A program made the position numbers and the translations under genes. Source: the human T2T-CHM13v2.0 reference genome, Homo sapiens. Taken from it: a stretch of 64,000 bases of DNA. The stretch lies in the NCBI RefSeq assembly GCF_009914755.1, contig NC_060943.1; one strand, given 5' to 3'. Position 1 is the first letter of the stretch. Each line of letters begins with the position of its first letter. Shown one piece after another: positions 1-16,470 of this stretch. The notes under the pieces are model-generated. The model searched no databases and was not told where the DNA came from. It was given only the letters and a program-made list of their open reading frames with translations.

Positions 1-479
1 ATGGGGCCGAAGGCTCTGTGTACCTCTTGCCGCCACTGTCTCAGAAACACCCTGCAAGTGAGAGGCAATGACTGTTATTATTCCCACTTTACATTTGGGA
101 AAACAGAGGCTCACAGAGGTAAAGCCATTTGTCTACTGCTAATCACAACAGACAGAGTTGAGACTTGAACTAAGACTTTCTTTCTCCAGAGACAAAAGAA
201 GTTTTATTACTAGCCATATCATCTAATTCTTTCTTTCTTATTTAACTATTATGGAAAATTTGAACATAAAAGTAGAGAGAATAGCCTATTGAATGCCCCT
301 GTACCCAGAAGGCAGCCTCAACAACAGCCAAGTTGTGGCCGACCTGTGTCCACCTCCACCCCTCCCTTATTGATTTATTTTGTGTAAAGCAAATCCCAGA
401 CAACGTGTAAACCTGTAAATACTCCAGCATTATTTTTTTTAATAGATAAGGACTTTTAAAAAGAAAAAAACCTGCTGTG

Positions 480-791
<312 letters not shown>

Positions 792-1515
792 AAAAAAACC
801 TGCTGTGATTTGCTCACACCTAACAAAATAAGCAGTAATTCCCAGATATCATGAAAAGCCTAGTCCATGTTCAGATTTTTCTGATCGTTCCTAAAACATC
901 CGGCTTTCCTCCCTTGCACCAAAGCTTTGCTGGCCCCTAATGCTTGCCCATTAAGGGTTCCTAGCTGGTTCCAACATTAGGGGCGCAATCGGGGCAGGTC
1001 ATGTTCTACGGGGTGGGGGTGGAAGGTGCCGCTTTCTTGCTCAACCAACAGGCAACAAAAGCCTGTCCGATACCATCCTGGGGATCAAGACACCCCTAAA
1101 ACCAGGTTCTAACCCACCTATGTTAGATCCAAATGTGAATCTCTGACACCTGGGCCGTAGGGAACCCTCAAAGGGTTTGGAATAGGGAAGGCGGGGAGCG
1201 GGGTGGAGTGGGGGGGGAGGTAAGACAGTGAGAAAGGTGGGCCACCTAGGGGCTATTTCTGGAATAACAATAGGTCGCATTTATCCAAGGTTCCCAGGGT
1301 GCCAGGCGCTGTCCCAACCACTTAATTTATTTTAACTTGCTTAACCCTCAAAGTCAGTTTGAGGTCAGTACTCTTTTCGGAGAGATGGGTACGGAGTCCT
1401 GGAGAGGTTAAGCACCACGACAGAGCCGAGATTTTAAGCACTCGGTCAGGGAGTTGGGCAAATGTGGCCTGCAGATCATGTTTCCTTACCCGCGCTTTTT
1501 CTCCTCCCTGCATAG

Positions 1516-1702
1516 CCGCCACGTGTCCTAAGCACAGCAGCTACCAGCAACGCTTGGACCCGCGCCGGGTGCAGCTCTGCGTCCCCGCGGCCGCCCTGCC
1601 TGCTCCGAGGGCTGCGCCAACGATAACGCGCACCTGTGGGCAGGGGCCAGGTGCCGGCACCCGAAGGAGTGCGGCTCGGCGCACGGCGGCCCCTCCTACC
1701 AG
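1516..1702 (+). pseudogene. Pseudoexon A: TIL domain
   Basis: Acceptor ctccctgcatag|, ATCPKHSSYQ..., frameshift, ...CSEGCANDNAHLWAGARCRHPKECGSAHGGPSYQ, donor |gtgagc. Confidence 0.8.
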
Positions 1703-2010
1703 GTGAGCTGGGGGCAGGGTCTTGCTGTTGTGAGGGGGTCGGCCCATCATGGGGGTCAGGGAGCCCCCAAAACATGCCAGGGATGGGCGCCCAATCCGGG
1801 ACACCTATATTCAATTGTGCGGATGGCACATTGTGGGTTCACAATGTGTTGACCTGCTTTATTATTGATGATTCCAATACTGCTACTAGTTACTAAGGTC
1901 ATTCCCTGTGTGCTAAGTGCTTAATAATATTATTATTGGCTGGGTGCGGTGGCTCACGCCTGTAATCTGAGCGCTTTGGGAGGCCGAGGCCGGCGGATCA
2001 CCTGAGGTCA

Positions 2011-2232
<222 letters not shown>

Positions 2233-2991
2233 TTATTATTATTACTGTCAGCACTATTGACTTTTTAAAATATTAGCCATCACTTATTGAGTGCATAGCC
2301 CCCACTACACACTTTGGCAATGTAATAGTAGTAATAATAACAATAATCAAAACAGCTCATTTTATTTATCATTAATAGGTACAAGACTCTGTCCTAAATG
2401 TTTTAGCATTGTGGTCAGTGCTATTTTTTGTTTATTTTTATTTTTTTATTTTTATTTTATTTATTTATTTATTTTTTTGACACAGGGTCTTGCTCTGTTG
2501 CTGGGGCTAGAGTGCACGGGCGCCATCTTAGCTCACTGCAGCTTCAAATTCCCTGGCTCAAATGATACTCCCCCTCAGTCACCTGAGTAGCTGGGACTTC
2601 AGTTGCGTGCCACCATGTCTGGCTAATTTTTAAATTTTTTGTAGAGATGAGGTCTGACCGTATCGCCCAGGCTGGTCTCAAACTCCTGGACTCAAGGGAT
2701 CCTTCTGCCTCAGCCTCGCAAAGTACTAGGATTACAGGCATCAGCCACCACACCCAAACCATTTGTATTATTTTGATGGCCAACATTTGAGTAGTGATCA
2801 CACATCAGGTCCCATACTGCTAATAATAATAATTAAAATGTGGCCAGGCGCGGCGGCTCATGCCTATAATCCCAGAACTTTGGGAGGCTGAGGCGAGTGG
2901 ATCACCTGAGGTCAGGAGTTCTAGACCAGCCTAGCCAACATGGTAAAACCCAGTCTCTACTAAAAATACAAAAATTAGCTGGGCGTGGTGG

Positions 2992-3448
2992 TGTAGCAGG
3001 ACGAGCTGCAGACAAAACCCCTCAGACACTGAGTTAAAGAAGGAAGGGCTTTATTTGGCCAGGAGCATCGGCAAGACTCACGTCTCAAAAAACCGAGCTC
3101 CCCGAGTGAGCAATTCCTGTCCCTTTTAAGGGCTCGCAACTCTAAGAGGGTCCACGTGAGAGGGTCGTGATCTATTGAACAAGCAGGGGGTATGTGACTG
3201 GGGGCTGCATGCACCAGTAAGAACAGAACAGAACAGGACAGGGATTTTCACAGTGCTTTTCTATACAATGTCTGTAATCTATAGATAACATAACTGGTTT
3301 GGTCAGGGGTGGATCTTTAACTACCAGGCCCAGGGTGTGGCGCCGGGCTGTCTGCCTGTGGATTTCATTTCTGTCTTTTGGCTTTTACTTCTTTCTTTGG
3401 AGGCAGAAATTGGGCATAAGACAATATGAGGGGTGGTCTCCTCCCTTA
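2992..3448 (-). mobile_element. Solo ERV1 LTR (LTR2/HERV-E-like) inserted in an Alu
   Basis: Minus strand reads TAAGGGAGGAGACCACCCCTCATATTGTCTTATGCCC...GCTCGTCCTGCTACA; GTGG target-site duplication at 2988-2991 and 3449-3452. Confidence 0.9.
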
Positions 3449-3474
3449 GTGGCAGGCACCTATAATCCCAGCTA

Positions 3475-3582
<108 letters not shown>

Positions 3583-3698
3583 TCAAAAAAAAAAATTTTA
3601 AATGTATTGGGGGCTGGGCACAGTGGCTCACACCTGTAATCCCAACACTGTGGGAGGCCAAGGTGGGCGGATCACTTGAGGTCAGGAGTTGGAGACTA

Positions 3699-3957
<259 letters not shown>

Positions 3958-4714
3958 CTAAGCATTTTATGAATAGTAATAATAATAATAATGGCTAATA
4001 TATTAAGAGTTTGGGCATTTACAATGTGCCTTGTGTAAGCATATTAAAATAATGGTGATATTAACAATAATAATGGCTGGTATGTACCAGGCATCTGCTG
4101 TATTGCTGTGCTAACCAGTTAATGATATATAATGATAACCATCGTGAACATATTTTGGTCATTTGCTGCGTGTGTAATCCTGTCATCGGGATAAAAGGTA
4201 ATATTTTCTGAGTGCTTATTATGCCTTGAGCACTGGGCCAGCATGTTATTAATAATGGTATCAGATATATGTCAAGAACTTGGTTACTGTAGGCCAGCTG
4301 GGTGGTGAGAGCCTCATGCGTATGACCGCACTGACCTTCAAACAGCCCTTTGATTGCCTCCAATGTGCAGAGGGGGAAACTGAGGCTACAGGATGCACAG
4401 AGATCTCAAGGGACAGAGCTAGGTCTGGACTCCAGGTCTCTCTGACCCCAAAATTGTGCTGCTAATCACTAGGCTGTGCTTTCCACTGAGAGAAAGCAGG
4501 TGTCACAAGTTTGCTGCCCTCTGGGTAAGGCAGTAGCCTGTCATGATGGTCAGACCCCCAGCTGTTGAATCTGGGCATGGCATTCCTGCCCATCCCATGC
4601 TGAGCCGGCCCCTGAGCCTCTGCTCTTCTGGGTCAGCTGCCAGGCCAGCCTCGGGCCTCCACCAGGCCCTGTTTGGGTCCACCTGGGCTGGGCTGGGCAG
4701 GGCATGCTGATCTG

Positions 4715-4950
4715 GCCTCCGACCTGGTCTGGCTGAACCGATGCACCCGCCGCTGCAGCTGTGACAGAACGGGGCATTTCCGCTGCAGCCCGGCGTGCTG
4801 CCCCACTGGGAAGATCTGTGGTCTGCAGGGTGGCCAGCTGGGCTGCCAGAGCCCCCTGGGCACCTGCATGGCCACTGGAGATCCTCATTACTTCACCTTC
4901 GATGGGGCCATAGCCCACTTCCAGGGCACCTGCACCTACCACCTGGCCTA
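4715..4950 (+). pseudogene. Pseudoexon B: TILa/VWC-like plus VWD N-terminus with GDPH, truncated by (CCAT)n
   Basis: [78 protein letters not shown]; GDPH at 4877-4888; no intact acceptor or donor seen. Confidence 0.88.
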
Positions 4951-4952
4951 TG

Positions 4953-5097
4953 CCATCCATCCATTCATCCATCTATCATCCATCCACTCATCCATCCTTC
5001 CATCCATTCATCCATTCATCCATCCATCCATCCATCCATCCATCCATCCATCCATCCATCCATCTATCCACTCATCCATCCTTCCATCCATCCACTC
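4953..5097. repeat. (CCAT)n microsatellite
   Basis: Direct reading; about 35 imperfect units. Confidence 0.97.
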
Positions 5098-5606
5098 ACA
5101 AAATTTTTCTGAGTATCTACTTTGTAGCAGGCCCTGCTGTAGGCTCTGGAGACACAGCAAAGAACAAAAGAGACAGGTCTCTTCTCTCCTAGAGTGCACA
5201 TTATAATAGTGAGAGACAAACAGTAAAAAATAAATACATAATATTTCAGATGGTGATAAGTCCTAGAAAAATAAAACTAGAAAGGAGAATCAGGAGTGCT
5301 TGTGAGTATGGGGTGGGAGTTATAATTTTTAAACAGGGTGAGCAGGAAAAGCCTCATTGAGGAGGTGACTTTGGAGCAGAGACTTGCTGGAGGGAAGGAG
5401 AAGCCTTATGAGCAATGAGGGAAGAGCCCTCCAGGCACAGGGAACCTTAGGTGCAAAGTCCAGACGCAGAAATGCCCTTAGCCTTATTAAGAAAGAACAG
5501 GGTAATTCCAGCAGTTTAGGAGGCCAAAGTGGATCACTTGAGGAAGTTCAAGGCCAGCCTGGGCAACATAGGTGAGACCCCCATCGCTACTAAAAATTAA
5601 AAATTA

Positions 5607-5759
<153 letters not shown>

Positions 5760-5871
5760 CTAAAATAAAATAAAATAAAATTTTAAAAAAGAAAGAAAGA
5801 GGCTGGGCACAGTGGCTCACGCCTGTAATCCAAACACTTTGGGAGGCTGAGGCGGGCAGATCACGAGGTCA

Positions 5872-6634
<763 letters not shown>

Positions 6635-7341
6635 TCAGGGAGGGCTCTGAGCCCAGGAGGCCCCTGATCTGACTCAGGTGTCAGCAGATCCCTCTGGCTT
6701 CATGCAGTGGACAGATGGCCGAGGACCTGGGGGGAGCAGGTAGACTGGAGAGGAGGCTGACAGAATTGTTCAGGCAGAACGTGGCAGTGGTTGGAATCAG
6801 GAAGAGGGCAGTAGAGGGAGTGAGACATGGTTAGATTCTGGAAATATTTTGAAAGGATCAGCTGTGGGATGAGAGAGAGGGCAGGTTCCAACATGATTTG
6901 GTTTTTGGCCTCCGCGTCCTGGACAAGCTGCCACTGCCTGAGATGGAGAAGGTAGGAGAGGAAGCTTGGGGTAAGATTAGGAGTTCAGATTTGAACGTGG
7001 GGAGTTCGAGGTGCCTCTTTTCTCCCAGAGCTGGGACACAGCAGGATGCAGACACCTGGAGTTCTAGGACTGGTGAGGGCATTTGGGAATTGTCAGAATA
7101 CAGCTGGGGTTTAAAGCCAGGCAAGTGGATGAGAAAAGTAAGGGAAGGGAAACGAAGGGGAAGGGGCTAAGGTGAACTTGGCAGTGTGAGGTGTGAGGTC
7201 CTTGGTGGCATGGAGCAGACAGCTCGGCTTGGAGATTCATACACCTTACCTGCTGTGGGGTCATGAGGAGTGTATGGATGGCACTAGGGGGTGGGAGATG
7301 GTAGGGGGAAATGGATCCTGAGCTCTTCCCCTGCACTGCAG

Positions 7342-7585
7342 GTGGACAGCCAGGCGGTAAGCAGGGCCTGGTGCTCCTGCAGGTGGGCACCTGGCTCCAG
7401 GTACAGTTCAATGGCCACAATATGCTGTTGGTGTGCGTGGGGCCTGAGTTCTGGAGCCACCTCTGTGGACTCTGCGGCAACTTCAGTGGCGACCCCAGTG
7501 ATGACAAGGTGCTCCCCAGCAGGGTGCCCACCCTCAGTGATGCCATCTTTGGCAACGCCTGGTGGACCCAGGACAGCCGGCCTGG
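7342..7585 (+). pseudogene. Pseudoexon C: VWD C-terminal half
   Basis: ctgcag|VDSQAV, frameshift or deletion, ...[56 protein letters not shown]...PG|gtgggt. CGLCGNF is the VWD hallmark. Confidence 0.9.
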
Positions 7586-7756
7586 GTGGGTGGCTGCCTG
7601 GGACCAGGAAGGGCCCGGGTTGGGAGAAATACAGGGCTCAGGGAAAACAGTGGGCAGACAGGCAGGCTTTGAGAACAGAAAGGTGGAAGAAGAGGGTGTG
7701 AATTGCACACACAACTCTCAGGAGATTGATTCAGGTAGAATCAGGAACAATGATTA

Positions 7757-7978
<222 letters not shown>

Positions 7979-8257
7979 TTAGCCAGGCCTGGTGGTGGTG
8001 CACACCTGTATTCTCAGCTACTTGGAGGCTGCGGCAGGAGAATCTCTTGAGTCCGGGAGTTCGAGGTTGCCATGAGCCATGCTGGCACCACTGCACTGCA
8101 TCCTGGGTGACAGAGCGAGACCCTATCAAAAAAGAGGGGAAAAAAATGGTGGAACAGGGATTTGAGTCCAGGCATTCTGGCTTCAGGGTCCCTGATCCTA
8201 AATACTCCACCCCCCCACCTCTCACAGGGGAAACAGGAAGCACTCCTCACAGAGACC

Positions 8258-8292
<35 letters not shown>

Positions 8293-8594
8293 TTTTTGAT
8301 TCCTGCTCCGTCGCCCAGGCTGGAGTGCGGTGGCACGATCTCGGCTCACTGCAACCTCCGCTTCCCAGGTTCAAGTGATTCTCATGCCTTAGCCTCTCGA
8401 GTAGCCGAGATTACAGGCACACGCCACCATGCTCGGCTAATATTTATATTTTTAGTAAAGATGAGGTTTCACCATGTTGGCCAGGCTGGTCTTGAACTCC
8501 TGACCTCAAGTGGTCTGCCCACCTCGGCCTCCCAAAGTGTTGGAATTACAGCCATGAGTCACCGTGCCAGTCTCCCTTCACTGAGACCTTAGTC

Positions 8595-8732
8595 CTGCAA
8601 AGTCCAATGCACCAAACACACGTGCTATTTAAATTTATGTGTAAATTAAATTAAACATCTTCTGTCACACTACCTATATTTCAAATACTCGGTAGCCTCT
8701 GGTTGCTAGTGCCTGCGGTATTGGATGGCACA
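8595..8732. mobile_element. MER3/MER33-like hAT DNA transposon fragment
   Basis: ctg...gtccaat ... attggatggcacag inverted ends with AT-rich core; recalled consensus. Confidence 0.6.
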
Positions 8733-9332
8733 GACTTGGGGATTCGTCCAAGTAGCAGAGCTGGGATCTGAAGCTAACAAAGTTGGTTCCAGAATCCAGG
8801 ATCTAACTAATAACTATCCTGGCTGGGCGTGGTGGCTCACACCTGTAATCCCAGCACTTTGGGAGGCCAAGGTGAGCAGATCACCTGAGGTCAGGAGTTC
8901 AAGACCAGCTTGGCCAACATGGCAAAACCCCGTCTCTACTAAAAATGCAAAGATTAGCCGGCTGTGGTCGTGGGTACCTGTAGTCCTAGCTACTTGAGAG
9001 GCTGAGGCAGGAGAATCGCTTGAACCCGGGAGGCAGAGGTTGCCAAGAGCTGCGATCGCGCCACTGCACTCCAGTCAGGGTGACAGAGCGAGACTCTGTC
9101 TCGAAAAAAAAAAAAAAATTAATGACTCCCTCATGTTGAGTAACTGTATGAAAATCATTTGTTACTATGGGGTTGAGGTTTTTAAACGTGTCTAAAACTG
9201 CACCAGGAGCTGTCAGCTGCTGGGAGGGAGAACCTGGTGCGGGCAGAGGAGGACTAGCCGAGGGTGGCCAGGGGGGAGGCAGGAGGAGGAGGAGGCTTGG
9301 AGGTGGTGGTGTTGAGTCCTGTGATCCCCCAG

Positions 9333-9599
9333 CTGCCGGCGGGACCCTGGTGGCGCTGAGCCCTGCCAGGACAGGCCCCGGGTGGAGCAGCTCTGCAGTG
9401 TTCTGGCAAACCGCTCCGGGCCCTTGGCCAAGTGCCACTGGTATGAGAGCCCCGTGTCCTACACGCAGGTGTGTGTCTCTGACCTCTGCCAGTATGGCAC
9501 GGGCAACCGCATGCTGTGCACCATGCTGGAGGCCTACGTCCAACTCTGCGCCCTGCGCTGCGCGTTGCCTGCCCGCGTGGCGAGCCAGCCTGGGATGCA
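9333..9599 (+). pseudogene. Pseudoexon D: C8 domain
   Basis: tcccccag| (phase 2) [75 protein letters not shown], frameshift, [10 protein letters not shown]|gttacg (weak donor). Confidence 0.88.
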
Positions 9600-10135
9600 G
9601 TTACGTGCTCCTTCCCTTTCACCGCCCCCAGCTCCAACGATGGCCTCCCCACTTGGCTAGCTAGGATGCCTCCTTCGCCGGTGGATCGGAAGCCCTCATC
9701 CCCAGGGAGACCCCAGCCCTGCCTAGGATGTTAACCCAAGCTTCAAGCCAGACCAGGGCTCCTCTTGGGCCCTTCCTAATCCTACCTCTCACCTCCCAGC
9801 ACTGGACCCTATATTGTCCGAGTTGCTCACTGTGTGCTGCAAGTTTGAAGTGGCCTGTGGGTGAGACATGCATAACAAACCACGTGGTTAAAAGTTTCAT
9901 CGGAACAATCGGGAGGCTGCAGTGAGCTGAGATCATGCCATTGCACTTGGCCTGGGCAACAGAGCAAGACCCTGTCTGGAAAAAAAAAAAAAAGAACAGT
10001 GGCAGTTTGGGAATCGTCCTGTGGTTCATTCCTGCCCTTCCCTCCCCTGCACTCACCCTGATTTTTTTCTCCCTCTAATTGAGGGAGCAAAGGTTTCAGG
10101 GTTGTGGCCTCTGGGCGATCTTTCCCCTCCCCCAG

Positions 10136-10729
10136 GTGTGGCGTGTCCAGCCAACAGCTACTATGACTCCTGTGGGCCACCCTTCCCGGCCACCTGTGCT
10201 AGCCTCAACTCCTCCGCGCCCTGCACCCTCCAGTGCACAGTGAGCTGCTTCTGCCTCGAGGGCTTTGCCCTGGAGGCGGGCATCTTCGGTGCCCCACGCT
10301 TGCTGCGGCTGCCACCTGCAGGGCCGCTATATCCGCCTGGGTACTGAGGTGCTGCCTGCAGCCCCCTGTGATCAGAGGTGCGTGTACCATGGACCTGGAC
10401 GCCCGCTCGAGTGCCACCCTCATGCCTGCAGGCCCTGTGAGCTGTGCTGCCAGCACAGGGGTGTCTGGGGTTGCTACCCCATGCACTACGGGACACTGTG
10501 GCTGTACGGAGACCCCCACCTGCACACTTTCAATGGGACCCACCAACAGGTTCAAGGGCCTGGCTGGGAGATATTGGCTAGAACATGCCGGCCACACCAC
10601 AGCGCCTATGCCATCTGGGTGGAGATCAGGCGCCAGGAGCCGTGGGATGCCATGTGGGCCCAGCAGGTGGATGTGGATGTGGCAGGATGGCAGCTGTCAC
10701 TGCTGGCAGGACAGTTTGGAGCCGTCCAG
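10136..10729 (+). pseudogene. Pseudoexon E: TIL + TILa + VWD N-half with GDPH
   Basis: cccctcccccag|VACPANSYYDSCGPP...[12 protein letters not shown], frameshift near 10285, ...[10 protein letters not shown]...[11 protein letters not shown]...AGQFGAVQ|gtactt; GDPH at 10508-10519. Confidence 0.92.
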
Positions 10730-12176
10730 GTACTTGTCACCCAGCTCTGGTCCTGGGCCTCCAGGAACTCTAGTGAGTAATGAGCGTGAAGAACAGCAAC
10801 GCCGGGCGTGGGAGCTCACGCCTGTGATCCCAGCACTTTGGGAGGCTGAGGCAGGAGGATCGCTTGAGGCCATGGGTTCAAGACTAGCCTGGCCAACATG
10901 GCGAAACCCTGTCTCTATAAAAAATTTAAAAATTTAGCCACAAGTGGTGGCACGTGCCTATAGTCCCAGCTACTCAGGAGGCTGAGGTGGGAGGATCATT
11001 TGAGCCCAGGAAGTCGAGGCTGCAGTGAGCTGAGATCACGCCACTGCACTCTAGCCTGGGCAACAGAGACCCCATCTCAAAGAAAAACAAAAACAAAAAC
11101 AAACACAAACAGGCTGAAGAAATGGTGGTGGCCCAAGGGCCTTCCCTTTGGAGAAAGAGCTACTGGGACCTTTAGAAGTGGGCAGAGGGCCCCAGCCCTG
11201 AGCTTCAGAGGATCCACCCGCTTTGGCCTCTTCTGGCTGCGTCCCACTCCGTGGGCTTTGGAGTCCTCTGGGAAACGCCCCTGACCCCTAGAGCCTGGAG
11301 CCTGCATGGCCCTCCCCTTCCAGACCGTGCTCCAGGAATGGGAATTCCCTGCCTAAAAGGCTCAGAGCTGCTTCCAGGGTCCACGCTGGCCTTGTCCCCA
11401 GGTCCATCCTCACAAGAGTGGACCATGCGGCCCACATGACGCATTCTAGGCAGCATTGCAGGAAGCCAGTGTGGACCCAGCTGGGCAGAGCGGCCCAGGC
11501 TAGATGTACGGGGATGCAGTGCCTCTTGCAGTGAGGGCCAGAGCTGGAGCTGCACAGAGAAGAGACGGGCCCAGGGCAGTCTCTCCTTGGATGCCAGATC
11601 CTGTCCAGGAAAAGTTGGAAATTCTGATTTTGCACCTGACCACCAGGACGCTAGGGAGGTTTATGCATCAAGGCAGGAGGATAGACCGTATTCCATGTAA
11701 TAGTGTGGCAGCTTGGTTTGTAATCTTAAACATGAAGATGTGTAAGGTGTGTGCCTCCATTTCTACTCTTGTCTGGGCCCCTCAGGGTTGATGGGTGTTG
11801 GGTCCACCTGGGGTTCGGTGGATGCTTTAGCTGGCAACGTGGTAACACGGTGAAGCCTGTGGTGATGGGCCCAGGGGACCAGGACTGAGTCCCACTGTGC
11901 CATTTGCTAGCTGTGGAACTGGACCTAGTGGCTTTACATCTCTGTGCCTCAGTTTCCCATCTGTAAAAGGGAAGTGAATGGTACCTACCTGTATGTGAGG
12001 ATTAAGAGGTGTGAATTGTCTAGGAGAAGGCATTTAGTAAGGGCATAAAAGCATTTGATCAATAAATAACACAGGTGAGGTGTGATGGCTCATGCCTTTA
12101 ATCCCAGCACATTGGGAGGCTGAGGCAGGAGGATCACTTGAGCCTAGGCAACATAGCAAGACCCTATCTCTATTTA

Positions 12177-12671
<495 letters not shown>

Positions 12672-12674
12672 TTA

Positions 12675-13158
<484 letters not shown>

Positions 13159-14294
13159 TCAGCTGAGTCCAGGAGGCAGAGGCTGCACCATGCACTTCAG
13201 CCTGGGCTACAGAGTGAGATCTTGTCTCAAAAAAAAAAAAGAAAAGAAAAGAACAAGAAACGAACTCAGGTCACATTCCTTCTGTCTCAACGCCCTCCCA
13301 TGGCTCCACCTCACTGAGTGAAACTGTGGCCTATGTGACCCTACAAAACTGGTTTCTGTCACCTCTCTGCCCTTGTCCCCTCCCACCTGCCCCTCACTCA
13401 CTCTGCTCCAGCCGCAGTGACCTCCTAGTGTCCTCCCATACTCCAGGCAGGCTCCCACCTCAGGGCCTTTGCACAGGCTGTTCCCTCTGCCTGAAACACT
13501 CTTCCTGGAGGTCCTCATATAACTGATCATTCTCATCTTTCAAGTCTCAGCACAAATGTTACCCTCTCTGAGAAGCCCTCCTTGACCACACACATGAAAA
13601 GAACCACCACTCCCACCCTCTCTCTACTGTAACCCTACTCCTTTTCTTTTTTTTTTTTTGAGACAGAGTCTTCTGCCGCCCAGGCTGGAGTGCAGTGGCG
13701 GGATCTCGGCTCACTGCAGGCTCTGCCCCCCGGGGTTCACACCATTCTCCTTCCTCAGCCTCCCGCGTAGCTGGGACTACAGGCACCCGCCACCTCGCCT
13801 GGCTAATTTTTTGTATTTTTAGTAGAGATGGGGTTTCACCGTGTTGGCCAGGCTGGTCTCGATCTCCTGACCTCGTGATCCGCCCGCCTCGGCCTCCCAA
13901 AGTGCTGGGATTACAGGCGTGAGCCACCGCGCCCAGCCCTTTCTTTTGAAGTATCTGTCAGTCTCTTAAATCATCTTTTCTGTCAATCATTTCTTTGTTT
14001 ATGATCTATCTTCCTTTTGACAGAATATGTGTTCTTCGAAGGCAGGAACTTAATTTTGTTGAAAAATAGACAAAAATCCCTGGGAGAAAGACAATAAACA
14101 AATACAGAAGTAAATTTATGATATGTCAGAAGGTGACAGCTGGTTCTGGAGAACAAAAAAGCAGGAAAGGGGTGAGGGGCCAGTAAGGGTGTTGCCCTTT
14201 AAGACAGGGTAACAGGCCAGGCACTGTGGCTCATGGCTATAATCCCAGAACTTGGGAAACCAAGGCAGGAGGATCGCTTGAGCCCAGGAGTTCA

Positions 14295-14851
<557 letters not shown>

Positions 14852-15083
14852 TTATTTTGTGGGACTGCCCAGGCCACGGTGGCGAGTTTGGATTTTCTCC
14901 AAGTGTACTAGGGAGGTATGGAAAGGTTTTGAGCAAAGGAGGGATAGGATCTAATGTGCGATTTCAAAGGGCTCCTTGGGTGCTATGTGCAGAGTGGATC
15001 TCAGCAGTGGCAGGAGCAGGGGCCCAGGAGGGGCAGGTGTCTGGACGTGGTTGCCCGACGTAGCCTGGGTGTCTGTGTTCCAG

Positions 15084-15600
15084 GTGAACGGCTCCCAGGC
15101 TGGCCTGCCCCTGACCCTGGCTGGGGGGCACACTCCAGGCCTTCTTCACGCCCTTGGCCATCACAGTCCAGGTGGCACCCGGCCTCTCCATGACCTTTCA
15201 CGAATCCCATGCCCTCTGAGTGGCAGTGCCTGAGACCTACACCAACACCCTCTGTGGCCTGGGCGGGGACTTCAGCGTGGATACCCAGGATGACTTCAGC
15301 GGCTCTGATAGCACATGGCTCTCTGATGCCAACAGCTTAATGGGGGCCCAGCCCCTCTGTGCCCACCAGACAAGGCAGCCCTATACCAGGCCTTCTGTGG
15401 CTTGCTGGGCACCCAAGATGGGCCCTACAGGGCCTGCAGTAAGGACGTGGATCCCCAGGTGCATGTGGAGAACTGCATCCATGACCTCTGTGCCACGGGG
15501 GGCTCAAGAGAGACTCTGTGTGCCATACTGGGGAGCTACGCCCAGGAAAGCCAGCAGCGCAGCGTTCCCATGCAGCCCTGGAGACACCTCTTGGCCTGCA
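15084..15600 (+). pseudogene. Pseudoexon F: VWD C-half + C8
   Basis: gttccag|VNGSQAGLPLTLAGG, frameshift, TGA at 15217-15219, VAVPETYTNTLCGLGGDFSVDTQDDF, frameshift, FCGLLGTQDGPYRACSKDVDPQVHVENCIHDLCATGGSRETLCAILGSYAQESQQRSVPMQPWRHLLAC|gtaagt. Confidence 0.92.
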
Positions 15601-15874
15601 GTAAGTGGGTATTCCCAGGGAGGGTCTTTCTCAGCCTGACCTCCCCAGCTGGCCCAATACCACTTCCAGGATGTCCTCCTAGGTCAACACCACCCAAAGT
15701 GACCCACTGCATGCCTTTCTGGCTAACTGTTCCCGCGAAGAACCTACCTGCTTAAAACTCTGCAATAACAATAACAGATGACACTGAGTGCTATTGCATC
15801 AGTCAGGATGGTCTGGGTTATGCTGAAGTAACGAACTAACCTGAACATGACCCAGCATGACCAAGGTTGTTTCT

Positions 15875-16470
15875 TCATCACTATCTTCGTCACCTTTGTC
15901 ATCATCACAGTCACTATCATCATTACCGTCACCATCACCACCACCACCAGCGTCACCATCACCACCACCACCAGCCTCACCACCACCACCACCACCAGCA
16001 TTACCATCATCACCACCACCACCATCACCACAAGCATTACCATCATCACTACCACCACCATCATTGTTACCACAACCACAACCATCACCACCATCACCAT
16101 CATCATTGTTACCACAGCCACAGCCATCATCACCACTACCATCACCACCATCATCACCATCACCACCACCACCACGACCATCAACATCATCATCACCATC
16201 ATAACCATCACCACCAGCATCACCATCACCACCAGCATCAGCATCACCATCACTACTATAATCACCATCACCATTATCACTACCACCACCATCATTGTTA
16301 CCACAACCACAACTATTGTCATCACCACCACCACCACCCTCACCACTATCATCACTGTCACCATCACCACTATCATTACCATCACCATCAACACCATCAC
16401 ATCACCAACAACATCACCAGCCCTACCACCATCATCATCATTACTATCACCACGACCACCACCACCACCA
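15875..16470. repeat. (CAC/CAT)n trinucleotide low-complexity tract
   Basis: Gives poly-Thr/Ile, poly-His and poly-Pro/Ser ORFs. Confidence 0.95.

Noticed and set aside
1-60. Possible tail of an upstream C8 exon (GPKALCTS...ETPC, GTGAGA at 58)
   Set aside because: Too short and needs frameshifts; cannot be judged without upstream sequence.
9217-9332. Gly-rich RRRRR linker as a furin site in the pseudogene
   Set aside because: A better phase-2 acceptor at 9332 joins directly into the C8 frame, so this stretch is intronic.
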